Notes under the pieces: generated by a model | What the model was told of the DNA's origin: nothing | Seen by the model: only the letters and a program-made list of their open reading frames with translations | Database searches by the model: none | Source of the DNA: Acholeplasmataceae bacterium | GTDB lineage: Bacteria; Bacillota_I; Bacilli_A; Acholeplasmatales; Acholeplasmataceae | Length of the DNA stretch: 64,000 nucleotides | NCBI GenBank assembly: GCA_963667565.1 | Contig: OY763415.1 | Location: 1,248,001 to 1,312,000, forward strand | Reading direction: 5' to 3' | Shown: in pieces, positions 28,446-37,092 of the stretch | Layout: each line of letters starts with the position of its first letter | How positions within the stretch are numbered: position 1 is the first letter of the stretch | Made by a program: the position numbers and the translations under genes

Positions 28446-29144
28446 TTACTCAAATGCCATCACTGGTAATTTATGCTTTAGATAATGATCCCAAGTCCAT
28501 AAAAATAATGCATGAACTGGAAGAAATAGCGCGCCTAATCCTAAATAATCAAACATGGTTCCTTCTATTGCTGGTTCATAAATATACATCGCATCTAGAT
28601 ATCCAAATTTAGTAATTAGTATAACACCTAAAGTGATATACAATGCTAATCCAAGTGGAAGGATAAACCATTTTTTTAATGATGGTCTAACATATCCAGT
28701 CATAAATAAGACTAAAATAAGAAAAATCATGATGGTATGATGAAGTAATCCTGAGATTGTCATACTATACCAAATGGAGTCTGCTTGAACAATAAAATCC
28801 GGATAGATAAGTGTTAATAAACCTCCTAAAAATCCAATATAGACTAACGCGTGAAATATGGGATGATCCTTCTTTAAAAATATGGCAGCTAAAGCTAACG
28901 AAAAGCTAGTAACTCCACAATAGGTGCTTGGAATAAAAAACTGAAATCCATCGCGCAAAGCACATACCGCAATTCTATTCCATAAAATGGAAATCAGTAA
29001 AACAATCCCAATGATTCTAATCATTTTTCTTGCTGTTTTCTCACTTTTAACATGTCGATATATCCATATCAACCCCAAAACCATAAGTGTGATGACAACA
29101 GCATCATATGTTAAATGTTGCCATCCAAAAATCTGTGGTGTCAT
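28446..29144 (-). CDS. YwaF/TMEM164-like integral membrane protein
   Basis: IFGWQHL start, IPSTYC (LPLHLC-like), GGLLTLIYPD, LHH, AMYI; 6-7 TM helices. Confidence 0.65.
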   Translation of the reverse strand: MTPQIFGWQHLTYDAVVITLMVLGLIWIYRHVKSEKTARKMIRIIGIVLLISILWNRIAVCALRDGFQFFIPSTYCGVTSFSLALAAIFLKKDHPIFHALVYIGFLGGLLTLIYPDFIVQADSIWYSMTISGLLHHTIMIFLILVLFMTGYVRPSLKKWFILPLGLALYITLGVILITKFGYLDAMYIYEPAIEGTMFDYLGLGALFLPVHALFLWTWDHYLKHKLPVMAFE

Positions 29145-29209
29145 AAATTTGTCCCTCTATTTATCGTAGTGTAGTATCTAAAGATATTGTATCACACGAT
29201 GATGGCTTA

Positions 29210-29238
29210 TGGACAAATATTTTATTTCATGTTAAACT
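29210..29238 (+). promoter_or_regulatory. Sigma-A promoter of small ORF 1
   Basis: TGGACA-17 nt-TAAACT with TG extension. Confidence 0.55.
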
Positions 29239-29269
29239 TAAATATATTAGATTTAATAGGAGGGGTTTT

Positions 29270-29428
29270 ATGACTTGGTTCTTTATCATTTTAGGTTGTG
29301 CAATTCTTTTAATGCTCATTATTTCTTTCATTCCAGTTGATAATGCTGCAGAAAAAAGATTTAGATCTGGTAATCACAATAAAATTCATAATAATCATGG
29401 ATCTTTTGGTACAAGGGGTCGTAGATAG
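29270..29428 (+). CDS. Small single-TM protein, 52 aa (paralogue 1), not in the ORF track
   Basis: MTWFFIILGCAILLMLIISFIPVDNAAEKRFRSGNHNKIHNNHGSFGTRGRR; AGGAGG RBS, own promoter and terminator. Confidence 0.8.
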   Translation: MTWFFIILGCAILLMLIISFIPVDNAAEKRFRSGNHNKIHNNHGSFGTRGRR

Positions 29429-29430
29429 AC

Positions 29431-29459
29431 AAAACACCTTACATCGCTAAGGTGTTTTT
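29431..29459 (+). terminator. Intrinsic terminator of small ORF 1
   Basis: AAAACACCTTA-CATCGC-TAAGGTGTTTTT. Confidence 0.8.
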
Positions 29460-29570
29460 ATTTAAATATTTAGTCTTATTTCACACATGAGCATACTAAA
29501 TCAAATGTGATAAAACCGTTTTTTTCTATGAAATAAATGGCTGTAGACTTCTAACCACTACTTATGCAAT

Positions 29571-29599
29571 TTGATAAAAATCTCAATTTTTGGTAAAAT
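29571..29599 (+). promoter_or_regulatory. Sigma-A promoter of small ORF 2
   Basis: TTGATA-17 nt-TAAAAT with TG extension. Confidence 0.6.
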
Positions 29600-29629
29600 A
29601 AGGATAAATAGAGACTTTGGAGGGATTAT

Positions 29630-29785
29630 ATGATTTATGCTATACTTATTGTAGCGGTTATTATTTTATTTCTTATTAAGATTTTTTTACTACCATCAGA
29701 TAAAAATACAAAAAAAGGATATGGTTCTGGTCATAACTATATACCAAAAATTCGTCCTGGTGATGGTCGTTATAAAAATAAATAA
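29630..29785 (+). CDS. Small single-TM protein, 51 aa (paralogue 2), not in the ORF track
   Basis: MIYAILIVAVIILFLIKIFLLPSDKNTKKGYGSGHNYIPKIRPGDGRYKNK; GGAGG RBS, own promoter and terminator. Confidence 0.8.
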   Translation: MIYAILIVAVIILFLIKIFLLPSDKNTKKGYGSGHNYIPKIRPGDGRYKNK

Positions 29786-29787
29786 AC

Positions 29788-29820
29788 AAAAAGCACCTTA
29801 CTTTTGTAAGGTGCTATTTT
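29788..29820. terminator. Bidirectional terminator (small ORF 2 / membrane hydrolase)
   Basis: AGCACCTTAC-TTTT-GTAAGGTGCT flanked by A and T tracts. Confidence 0.8.
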
Positions 29821-29838
29821 TATACAATAATTCAAAGA

Positions 29839-31899
29839 TTAAGCAATACTTAATGCATAAACAGCGGTATTTGCTAATGTGATTAACGTGAAGAACATAG
29901 TTGTAAAGAATACTGAAGTCCAAACGTTTCCAGTTTTTTGTGAAATTCTTCTCATTAAAATACCAGCGACTGATAATGTTGGAATTAAACCAACACATAG
30001 AATTGCAGATAAACTAAATGTAGGATAAGCTGCAACACCTGAAGTATATAATACACCATATTGATATACTAAGAAAATAATGACAGGTCCTGCAAGTAAG
30101 AATGCAGATAATAAATCAGCTTTCCAACCTTTCATACCTTTAGAGTTAACAAATACTGTTACTGAAGCAGCTAAATAATAAATAAAGAATAACGGCATAT
30201 ATTTAAGTGCTGCAACAAATTGATGACTATTAAAGATTTGAATAGCATACGTATAGAATCTAAAATCAGTTAAGAAGATCCATCCTACGAGTGCGACTAA
30301 GAATAATGCTGCAACGGTTAATGCTAGTGCTGTTAAGAAACTTGCTCCAACTTGCTTAGAAGATGCTTTCAATCCATAAGGATTAATGACTTCTTCACCA
30401 GCATTCATTGCAGGTGTTACACTAAATACAATTAAGAAAATAAGGAATGCATTACCAATTGCCCAGTAAACGATTGTATTGACTGAAGGTGCACTCCAGA
30501 AAATGACATTACTTATGATTTGAGTGTTATTTAAAAACCATCTAAATGCTAAAGCGAGTAAGATAATCGTTAATCCGCCAAATGATACTTTTTGTGCCAT
30601 CTTAATCTTGTGATCATCTTTACCTAAGATTGCAAAAATCCAAATAGCGCCTAATACTAATACAACTGCACCAATAAGATAATACATTGCATTTGCTAAG
30701 TTAATTAAATCCGCTGAACGATCCATTAATAAAGTAATGAAAAATACCGTTAACAATGTAGAAATCGATATAACAATCCACTTCATACCTTTCTTTTCTG
30801 GAGATAACTTAACTTCTTGCTCAACTAAAGCTTCACCATTTGCATATACATGTTTAAATACTGGAAGTTTAGAAATAAGTGCAAATAATGGGAATAACAT
30901 GACAAATAATGAAACAAGTGCTAAAAGTGTAAATGCTTCTTTTAACCACCACACTTGTGTTGTAGAACCAGTATCAACACCATAGTTTGATAATGTTTGT
31001 AATCCATGAAGTGTTAATTGGTAAGAGAATGCTTCTTCAAAGAACTCAATTGTATACTTGCCTGATTCTAAAGACCAAGTGTCTTGAGGGTGAGTTTCAT
31101 TTGGAGTATATATAACTCTTTGACCGCCATCATAGCTATAGAATACACCAGCTTCTGCTTCACCTTCTGTTGTTCTTCCTAAAAATGCAAGACCAACTGC
31201 ATCTTCAGTATAGTCTTTATAGACCACTGAGCCAGCACTTGTACCTGAATTATCAAAGAAGAATTGATCATAATGGGCAGCAATCACACCACTTGAACGT
31301 GTTTGGAAATAAGTTTCTGGATTTGCAGTAAAGATATATCTAAAATCTGCACCCACAGCAAGTGAAGCAGCAATCATTCTATGACCTGATACTGCATATT
31401 GCATTTCATCAAAAATAACAGCATATTCTGATGAGAAACCACCCATTGAGTGACCACTAACACCTATCATACCATTGCCATTAGCATCTTTTAATACATA
31501 ATCTTGAGCATACATATAAGTTACAGCATCAAACATTGAATATACATAGAAATTAAATGCTGATGGTGTATCCCATGTAGAATCACCATGATCATACATA
31601 TCAAATGCTAAGACAACATACCCACGTCTTGATAATTCAATAGCACCTATTTCTTGCATTTCTGAATTATTTAAGTATCCGTGAGTCAAAACAACTGCAG
31701 GAGCTGGATGAGATGCATCCACACCTCTTGGTGTGTATAAATATCCTGATAACTCTCCACGTTCTGTTTCAAACGAGACCTTATCTACTTTAACGCTAAA
31801 GAATGAGTTTTGAACAAGTGATGCTCCTAAACTAAATGCTAGCGTAGCAATAACTAAGATCACAAGCCACTTAAGTGACTTTGACATATTTTTAAACAT
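29839..31899 (-). CDS. Alpha/beta hydrolase fused to a multi-TM membrane domain
   Basis: N-terminal TM, VVLTHGY, LSRRGYVVLAFDMYDHGDS, GHSMGG, ETHP, then about 9-10 TM helices. Confidence 0.85.
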   Translation of the reverse strand: MFKNMSKSLKWLVILVIATLAFSLGASLVQNSFFSVKVDKVSFETERGELSGYLYTPRGVDASHPAPAVVLTHGYLNNSEMQEIGAIELSRRGYVVLAFDMYDHGDSTWDTPSAFNFYVYSMFDAVTYMYAQDYVLKDANGNGMIGVSGHSMGGFSSEYAVIFDEMQYAVSGHRMIAASLAVGADFRYIFTANPETYFQTRSSGVIAAHYDQFFFDNSGTSAGSVVYKDYTEDAVGLAFLGRTTEGEAEAGVFYSYDGGQRVIYTPNETHPQDTWSLESGKYTIEFFEEAFSYQLTLHGLQTLSNYGVDTGSTTQVWWLKEAFTLLALVSLFVMLFPLFALISKLPVFKHVYANGEALVEQEVKLSPEKKGMKWIVISISTLLTVFFITLLMDRSADLINLANAMYYLIGAVVLVLGAIWIFAILGKDDHKIKMAQKVSFGGLTIILLALAFRWFLNNTQIISNVIFWSAPSVNTIVYWAIGNAFLIFLIVFSVTPAMNAGEEVINPYGLKASSKQVGASFLTALALTVAALFLVALVGWIFLTDFRFYTYAIQIFNSHQFVAALKYMPLFFIYYLAASVTVFVNSKGMKGWKADLLSAFLLAGPVIIFLVYQYGVLYTSGVAAYPTFSLSAILCVGLIPTLSVAGILMRRISQKTGNVWTSVFFTTMFFTLITLANTAVYALSIA

Positions 31900-31939
31900 A
31901 TTTTTCTCCCTTCTCTATATGTTTTAATACCCTTTTAGG

Positions 31940-32050
31940 AAAAAATAAAAAGCGAAACAAAAACATTAGCTGTTTGTGCTTCGCTCGAATTCTCTCGCAG
32001 TTAACTTGAACCTACAAAGTCATGTTAACACTATTTTGAAAAGATGTCAA
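31940..32050 (-). promoter_or_regulatory. Promoter plus 5' leader with a premature terminator (attenuator)
   Basis: TTGACA (32050)-17 nt-TAACAT with TG extension; leader stem AGCGAAGCACAAACA-GCTAA-TGTTTTTGTTTCGCT plus TTTTATTTTTT, about 40 nt before the ATG. Confidence 0.75.
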
Positions 32051-32074
32051 TAAAATATCTTTGAGTTTTTTATT

Positions 32075-32200
32075 TTACTTAATGATTAAATTTGTAACGT
32101 CATTTAAATCAATTAAAATCGCTAGTGCAATAATAATGATAATCAAAATGATGCCACCTAAATAAAACATAATTGGATGCTTTTCTAATAAATCTCTCAT
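32075..32200 (-). CDS. Small single-TM protein, 41 aa, not in the ORF track
   Basis: MRDLLEKHPIMFYLGGIILIIIIIALAILIDLNDVTNLIIK; GAGGTG RBS; TATAAT-like boxes upstream. Confidence 0.6.
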   Translation of the reverse strand: MRDLLEKHPIMFYLGGIILIIIIIALAILIDLNDVTNLIIK

Positions 32201-32316
32201 GTCACACCTCAAAAACTTTCCACTTATGTTATAACATTATAAATGTTAAGGATGACTTTTTTTTCATAAAATTTACATTTCAATAAAAAAAGGAATGATC
32301 ATATGATCAAACCCTC

Positions 32317-32919
32317 TTATATTTTCTTCTTTTTATTGACCACATATAGGAGATAAGAAAATAACCATATCGCTAATGTGATGGCTACGACATAAACAAA
32401 TACGCCTATATATCCAATATCAGTAGGATCTACAAAAAAGTAAGGATACTCATGTGTAAATGCACCTCTGATCATGGCATATATAAAATATAAAACGGGA
32501 AAAGCTAATGCTTGATATGTATCTTTAAACATAACTTTGTTTTTAGGTGTGAACACCAAATAATCAACAAGCATTAAAATAGGAATAAGCACATGTTTTA
32601 ATAGATTAGGGATTTGATAATAATCAGGCGAACTCAAATCACCTAAAAGTGTATTATATACAATAAATGTAATCATGATAATTAATGTCACATCGAACTT
32701 AAGCATATAGTCTTTTTTTAGTGTTTTAACATTGAATACTAATTTATATATTTCATACGAAATCCAAATGAACACAAGAAAATTTGATAAATTCGTATAA
32801 TAGTAAATATAGTCTAAATCAAATCTTAGTTGATAAAGTCTTGTTGATTCAAAAAAATTGATGAGTGCAATCAAAAAGAAAATAATTCTATATATCCATA
32901 TAAATTTGTTATTTTTCAT
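32317..32919 (-). CDS. Pr6Pr / FAR-17a-AIG1-like membrane protein
   Basis: YYTNLSN, ITFIVYNTLL, KHVLIPILMLVDY, YPYFFVD; start set at the ATG after GAAAGGA. Confidence 0.8.
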   Translation of the reverse strand: MKNNKFIWIYRIIFFLIALINFFESTRLYQLRFDLDYIYYYTNLSNFLVFIWISYEIYKLVFNVKTLKKDYMLKFDVTLIIMITFIVYNTLLGDLSSPDYYQIPNLLKHVLIPILMLVDYLVFTPKNKVMFKDTYQALAFPVLYFIYAMIRGAFTHEYPYFFVDPTDIGYIGVFVYVVAITLAIWLFSYLLYVVNKKKKI

Positions 32920-33004
32920 ATTGCAATTTCCTTTCACTTAATTAAAAATAATTTTATCATAAACATACTTATGAGTAAAGAAAAATAAAAAGTGCCGCAG
33001 CACT

Positions 33005-34600
33005 TTATACTTTTTTAATATGAATCATTTTTCCTTCATAAACAGCTTTTGTTTGTTTCAATTTTGACAATGCTGTTTTTTTGATACCGAAAACTGTTTG
33101 ATTGTTTTCATGTTTAATATCGCCAATATTTTTTTGGAAAATACCAAACGATTGATCCATCATTCTTAAGAATCTAGGTGGTGTCATTTGATCTTTTCTA
33201 CCAATGTTAACTACATAGTCTTGGTAGTCACCTTTTCCTCTTTTACCTTTAAAATCATTATTTTTCTTATCTTCTTTTGATTTCTTAGGATTGATCATTT
33301 CAATATCACTATAATCTTTTGCTTTAGGAATTGTTTGATCTAATAGAATATTAATAAGTTGTTCTTTTGTTGTTTTTTCAAGCAAATCAGCAATTTGATC
33401 TAAGTGGTTTTCTACATCTTCTGATAATTGCTTCATAAGGCTCTTTTTGAATGCATTTATTTGAGCATTTTTAATATCAATTTCTGTTGGAATTTCATTA
33501 AATACAATCGTATGATTAATGTATTTTTCAACATCTTTTAATTGATTTTGTTTTCTTGGGGTTACAAATGAACATGCAAGTCCTTTTTTACCAGCTCTAC
33601 CTGTTCTACCAATTCTATGAACATAGATTTCTAGTTCATGTGGTAAATCATAGTTAATAACAAGTTCAACATCATTGATGTCTAATCCTCTTGCTGCAAC
33701 ATCTGTTCCAACTAAGATTTCTAATTGACGATCTCTAAATCTTCTCATGACATCATTTCTTCCACGTTGTTTAATATCACCGTGAAGTGCATCCGCTAAA
33801 TACCCATGATCTGTTAAATATTCAGTAATTCGATCAACATCTGCTTTTGTGTTAGAGAAAATAATTGTACTTTTTGAATTTGTATAATCTAATACTCTTG
33901 CTAGAAGTGGTAATTTATCTTCATTTTTAACAATATAATAAAATTGTTTAATTTTGTCTACTGTCAAAGTATCACTTTCAACTTTTAAAATGACTGGGTC
34001 GTGTTGATATGTTTTAGCGATTTTTCTAATTGCCGATGGCATCGTTGCTGAAAATAATAAAATTTGTCTACTATCATTGATATGTGACATTATATTTTCA
34101 ATATCTTCTTGGAAACCCATCTTTAGCATTTCATCAGCTTCATCAAGTGCTAACGTCGTAACTTCTTCTAGTTGAATGGTGCCACGATCCATATGATCAA
34201 TCATACGTCCCGGTGTTGCAATCACGATATGTGGTTTCTTTTTAAGTGAAGAAAATTGTTTTTCATACGATTCTCCACCTACGATTAATGCAATATTAAC
34301 ATCCTTGTTAAACTTAACGAGTTTTAACATTTCTTTGTAAACTTGAGTTGCTAGTTCTCTGGTTGGACATACAATTAAACCTTGTGTACGTCTTTCATGT
34401 GTGTTTAGTTTTTCGAGCATTGGTATACCAAATGCAAATGTTTTTCCAGTTCCTGTTTGTGCTTGTCCTATAATATCAAAACCCTCAATAGCTTTAGGTA
34501 TAGCTAATGCTTGAATAGGTGTTGGTGTCTCAAATCCAAGTGCTTCAATTGCTTGTTTAGTTGTTTCTAATACGGGTAAATCTTTAAATAAAATATTCAT
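33005..34600 (-). CDS. DEAD-box RNA helicase (CshA/DeaD type)
   Basis: Q motif PTPIQ, AQTGTGKT, PTRELA, DEAD, SAT, HRIGRTGRAG, C-terminal DbpA-like RNA-binding domain. Confidence 0.95.
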   Translation of the reverse strand: MNILFKDLPVLETTKQAIEALGFETPTPIQALAIPKAIEGFDIIGQAQTGTGKTFAFGIPMLEKLNTHERRTQGLIVCPTRELATQVYKEMLKLVKFNKDVNIALIVGGESYEKQFSSLKKKPHIVIATPGRMIDHMDRGTIQLEEVTTLALDEADEMLKMGFQEDIENIMSHINDSRQILLFSATMPSAIRKIAKTYQHDPVILKVESDTLTVDKIKQFYYIVKNEDKLPLLARVLDYTNSKSTIIFSNTKADVDRITEYLTDHGYLADALHGDIKQRGRNDVMRRFRDRQLEILVGTDVAARGLDINDVELVINYDLPHELEIYVHRIGRTGRAGKKGLACSFVTPRKQNQLKDVEKYINHTIVFNEIPTEIDIKNAQINAFKKSLMKQLSEDVENHLDQIADLLEKTTKEQLINILLDQTIPKAKDYSDIEMINPKKSKEDKKNNDFKGKRGKGDYQDYVVNIGRKDQMTPPRFLRMMDQSFGIFQKNIGDIKHENNQTVFGIKKTALSKLKQTKAVYEGKMIHIKKV

Positions 34601-34720
34601 GTTTTTCCTACTATTCTTTATGTGCTTTATTCAAGCCTTATTAAGTATACCACATTTATTGATTTTGTGATAATTTTTGTTCAAATAAAAAAGTGATGAA
34701 GTCTCACCACTTTATCATCG

Positions 34721-35614
34721 TTAACTAATATTGATACTACCTGTATCCGTTGTAGCATTTAAATAATAATTACTATCTGTTAGTACTAAGTTATATTCGT
34801 TTCCTTCAGACAAGTTATTAACTTTTACTGTTCCTGTGTCTGTTTGTAATTTCAACGTTCTATTTGTTAGATCAAGATCCGTTGTGTAAATAGAGCCTGT
34901 ATTGCTTTCAAGATCGATTTTGCTAGCATCAACTTGATTTAAATAAATAGAACCTGTATCCACATTGACATCTATTTGATAAACTTCAACACTTGTGATA
35001 TAAACAGAATTTCCTGTATTTGTATCTATACTCAATTTTGTATCTATATTGCCTAAATCATAGTGAACTGAACCAGTTGCTGTATCAAGTGTAGCTGATG
35101 CAGCATCGATATCTTCGATATCAATACGACCAGTATCTGTTTTCAAATTAAGATCACCAACATTTAAAAAATGATTTACAATAATATCTCCTGTGTTTGT
35201 AATTGCATCAATATCAAAGGATTGGCTTGCAGGAATGCTTATCGTTAATGTTAGTACTTCTCTAGATGCGAAACTCCAAGAAAACCAATGATTAATTGTA
35301 AATTCTTCATCTAAAGTCACTTTTAACACGTGATCAACAAGTGTAACGCTCCAAATATCATCTTCTTTTTCATAATATGAAACTGAGATAGAATCATCTT
35401 CAGAAGGTACAATCACAACGTTTCTTGTTGTGACATCAACTTCTAATGTTTGTATCGTTTCTTGATATGTATATGGATCAACTAATTGATAGTCTTCATC
35501 ATTAGTAATAAATGTCGTAATATCACCAAAACTTGCACCCATCGCGATACCACCAATCACTAATAAAATACCAGCGGCTATAAAGAAAACAATCATCGTT
35601 TTAAATAATTTCAT
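34721..35614 (-). CDS. DUF4097 beta-strand repeat protein
   Basis: N-terminal TM; repeated T(N/D/A)TG(D/S/R/N/T) motifs; follows PadR and DUF1700. Confidence 0.8.
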   Translation of the reverse strand: MKLFKTMIVFFIAAGILLVIGGIAMGASFGDITTFITNDEDYQLVDPYTYQETIQTLEVDVTTRNVVIVPSEDDSISVSYYEKEDDIWSVTLVDHVLKVTLDEEFTINHWFSWSFASREVLTLTISIPASQSFDIDAITNTGDIIVNHFLNVGDLNLKTDTGRIDIEDIDAASATLDTATGSVHYDLGNIDTKLSIDTNTGNSVYITSVEVYQIDVNVDTGSIYLNQVDASKIDLESNTGSIYTTDLDLTNRTLKLQTDTGTVKVNNLSEGNEYNLVLTDSNYYLNATTDTGSINIS

Positions 35615-36191
35615 CTTGACCCCTCTTTCTAACAATAAGTTTACTAAACCATATTGCTAACTGTTGTAATATAATCCATGAAAATTTAACAAATATGTAA
35701 CCTAATGCAAGTAAGCCACCAAAAGTGATAAATCCAATCCCAAATGAAACAAGCAATTCGGGAAGTGCAAGTCCTAAAGTGATGACTTTTATAACATATG
35801 CAACAATTGTAATAAACGCACTTGCAATAATTACAAATCCACTAAAGATGAATGAAATTGCTACAATCATTAACGATACATAAACAATACCTAGTGGAAG
35901 TAAAATCGGTGATGAGAATAAAACTAATAAGATTAACCATGCATTTTTACTCATTGTTTTTTCTCTACCTGAACGTTTAGACAAAACTTTAGGAACCATT
36001 TGTTTTGCAATTTTTTTAGGATCATATTGATTTAATATGCTATCAATATTTTCACCATCGTCAAGTTTATCATTAACCATTTCTTCATAGTAATCAATAA
36101 TTTCGTTTACTTCATCATTATTTATATATTTATCCAGTTCTTTTTCTAATTGATTTAACCATTGCTTTAGTTTTCTACTTTCGTTCATCAT
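35601..36191 (-). CDS. DUF1700 (HAAS domain) membrane protein
   Basis: WLNQLEKEL..EIIDYYEEM..D...G..DPKKIAK, SPILLPL and TM helices. Confidence 0.82.
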   Translation of the reverse strand: MMNESRKLKQWLNQLEKELDKYINNDEVNEIIDYYEEMVNDKLDDGENIDSILNQYDPKKIAKQMVPKVLSKRSGREKTMSKNAWLILLVLFSSPILLPLGIVYVSLMIVAISFIFSGFVIIASAFITIVAYVIKVITLGLALPELLVSFGIGFITFGGLLALGYIFVKFSWIILQQLAIWFSKLIVRKRGQDEII

Positions 36192-36198
36192 TAACCCC

Positions 36199-36504
36199 TC
36201 ATTCTTTAGTCAAGATATCATATATTTTTTTAATATCTTTCCATTCATCTAAAAAATCATCTATTTGAAGAAATCCTTCTTTCGTGATTTTATAATATTT
36301 TCTATTTCTTCCATTAAATAACCGATTATAAGTTTTTAAGTGCTCTTGTTTTTCTAATCTTCTTAAAATGGGATATAGTGTAGACTCACTGATTTCTATA
36401 TATGGTGTTAAGTCAGTAATAAGTTTGTAGCCATATGAATCTTCTTTTGATAACATTGCTAAAACAAATATTTCTAAAACACCTTTTTTAAGTTGTTGTT
36501 TCAT
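36199..36504 (-). CDS. PadR family transcriptional regulator
   Basis: QLKKGVLE, SYGY, SESTLYPILRRLE, GRNRKYYKIT; start set at ATG 36504 after GGAGGT. Confidence 0.92.
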   Translation of the reverse strand: MKQQLKKGVLEIFVLAMLSKEDSYGYKLITDLTPYIEISESTLYPILRRLEKQEHLKTYNRLFNGRNRKYYKITKEGFLQIDDFLDEWKDIKKIYDILTKE

Positions 36505-36583
36505 AGATACCTCCATTTCAACAATATTATACATTGCATAGTATATAGTTGTCAATAAAAAAAGATGCTTTTGACATCTTTAA

Positions 36584-37009
36584 TTATTTGTTTTCATATT
36601 TATCCCCATATCTAAAAGATAGTTCTTCAACAATCTCATTAGAATGGTCAATATATCGCTTAAAATGATTAAGTGCTTTTCCTGGTCCACCTTCATGTGT
36701 AATCAAAGTTGTCACTTTTTTATGTTTAAACTTATTTTTCATTAAGAACTTTTTCATAAATGGTGCAATCGTAAATGCCCATACTGGTGATGCGAGAACT
36801 ATCTCATCATACTTATCAAAGTCAATATCAAATTCATGATATTTTAATTTTGAATTAAGTGTAGCAAACATCCCAAGATATGCAAGTTGCCAAAAGTAGC
36901 TTCTAGGAATTTTTATTTTACCTTTAAGTCTAAAGAAATCACCTTCAAATAATTCTTTCACTTTTTTATCTGTATGTCCACTTAATGAATAATAGATAAT
37001 TGCTTTCAT
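36584..37009 (-). CDS. Flavodoxin-like protein
   Basis: YYSLSGHT, LASPVWAF, THEGG. Confidence 0.75.
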   Translation of the reverse strand: MKAIIYYSLSGHTDKKVKELFEGDFFRLKGKIKIPRSYFWQLAYLGMFATLNSKLKYHEFDIDFDKYDEIVLASPVWAFTIAPFMKKFLMKNKFKHKKVTTLITHEGGPGKALNHFKRYIDHSNEIVEELSFRYGDKYENK

Positions 37010-37040
37010 AAAATCACCTCTATACTTTTATTTTATACCA

Positions 37041-37077
37041 AAAAGATGAAACCTAAAAAGAAAGTTTCATCTTTTTT
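37041..37077. terminator. Intrinsic terminator after the ABC exporter
   Basis: AAAAGATGAAAC-11 nt-GTTTCATCTTTT. Confidence 0.7.
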
Positions 37078-37092
37078 ACATGAATTCGTATT

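Noticed and set aside
28409..29169. Plus-strand ORFs 28409-28612 and 28987-29169
   Set aside because: Antisense to the YwaF-like gene; the first crosses a terminator
29798..30985. ORFs 29798-29998 (-) and 30737-30985 (+)
   Set aside because: Alternative-frame or antisense overlaps of the membrane hydrolase with no independent signals
34721..35200. Recurring CCTGTATC/CCAGTATC-like short repeats
   Set aside because: These encode the TxTG beta-repeats of DUF4097; degenerate, not a CRISPR array or DNA repeat element
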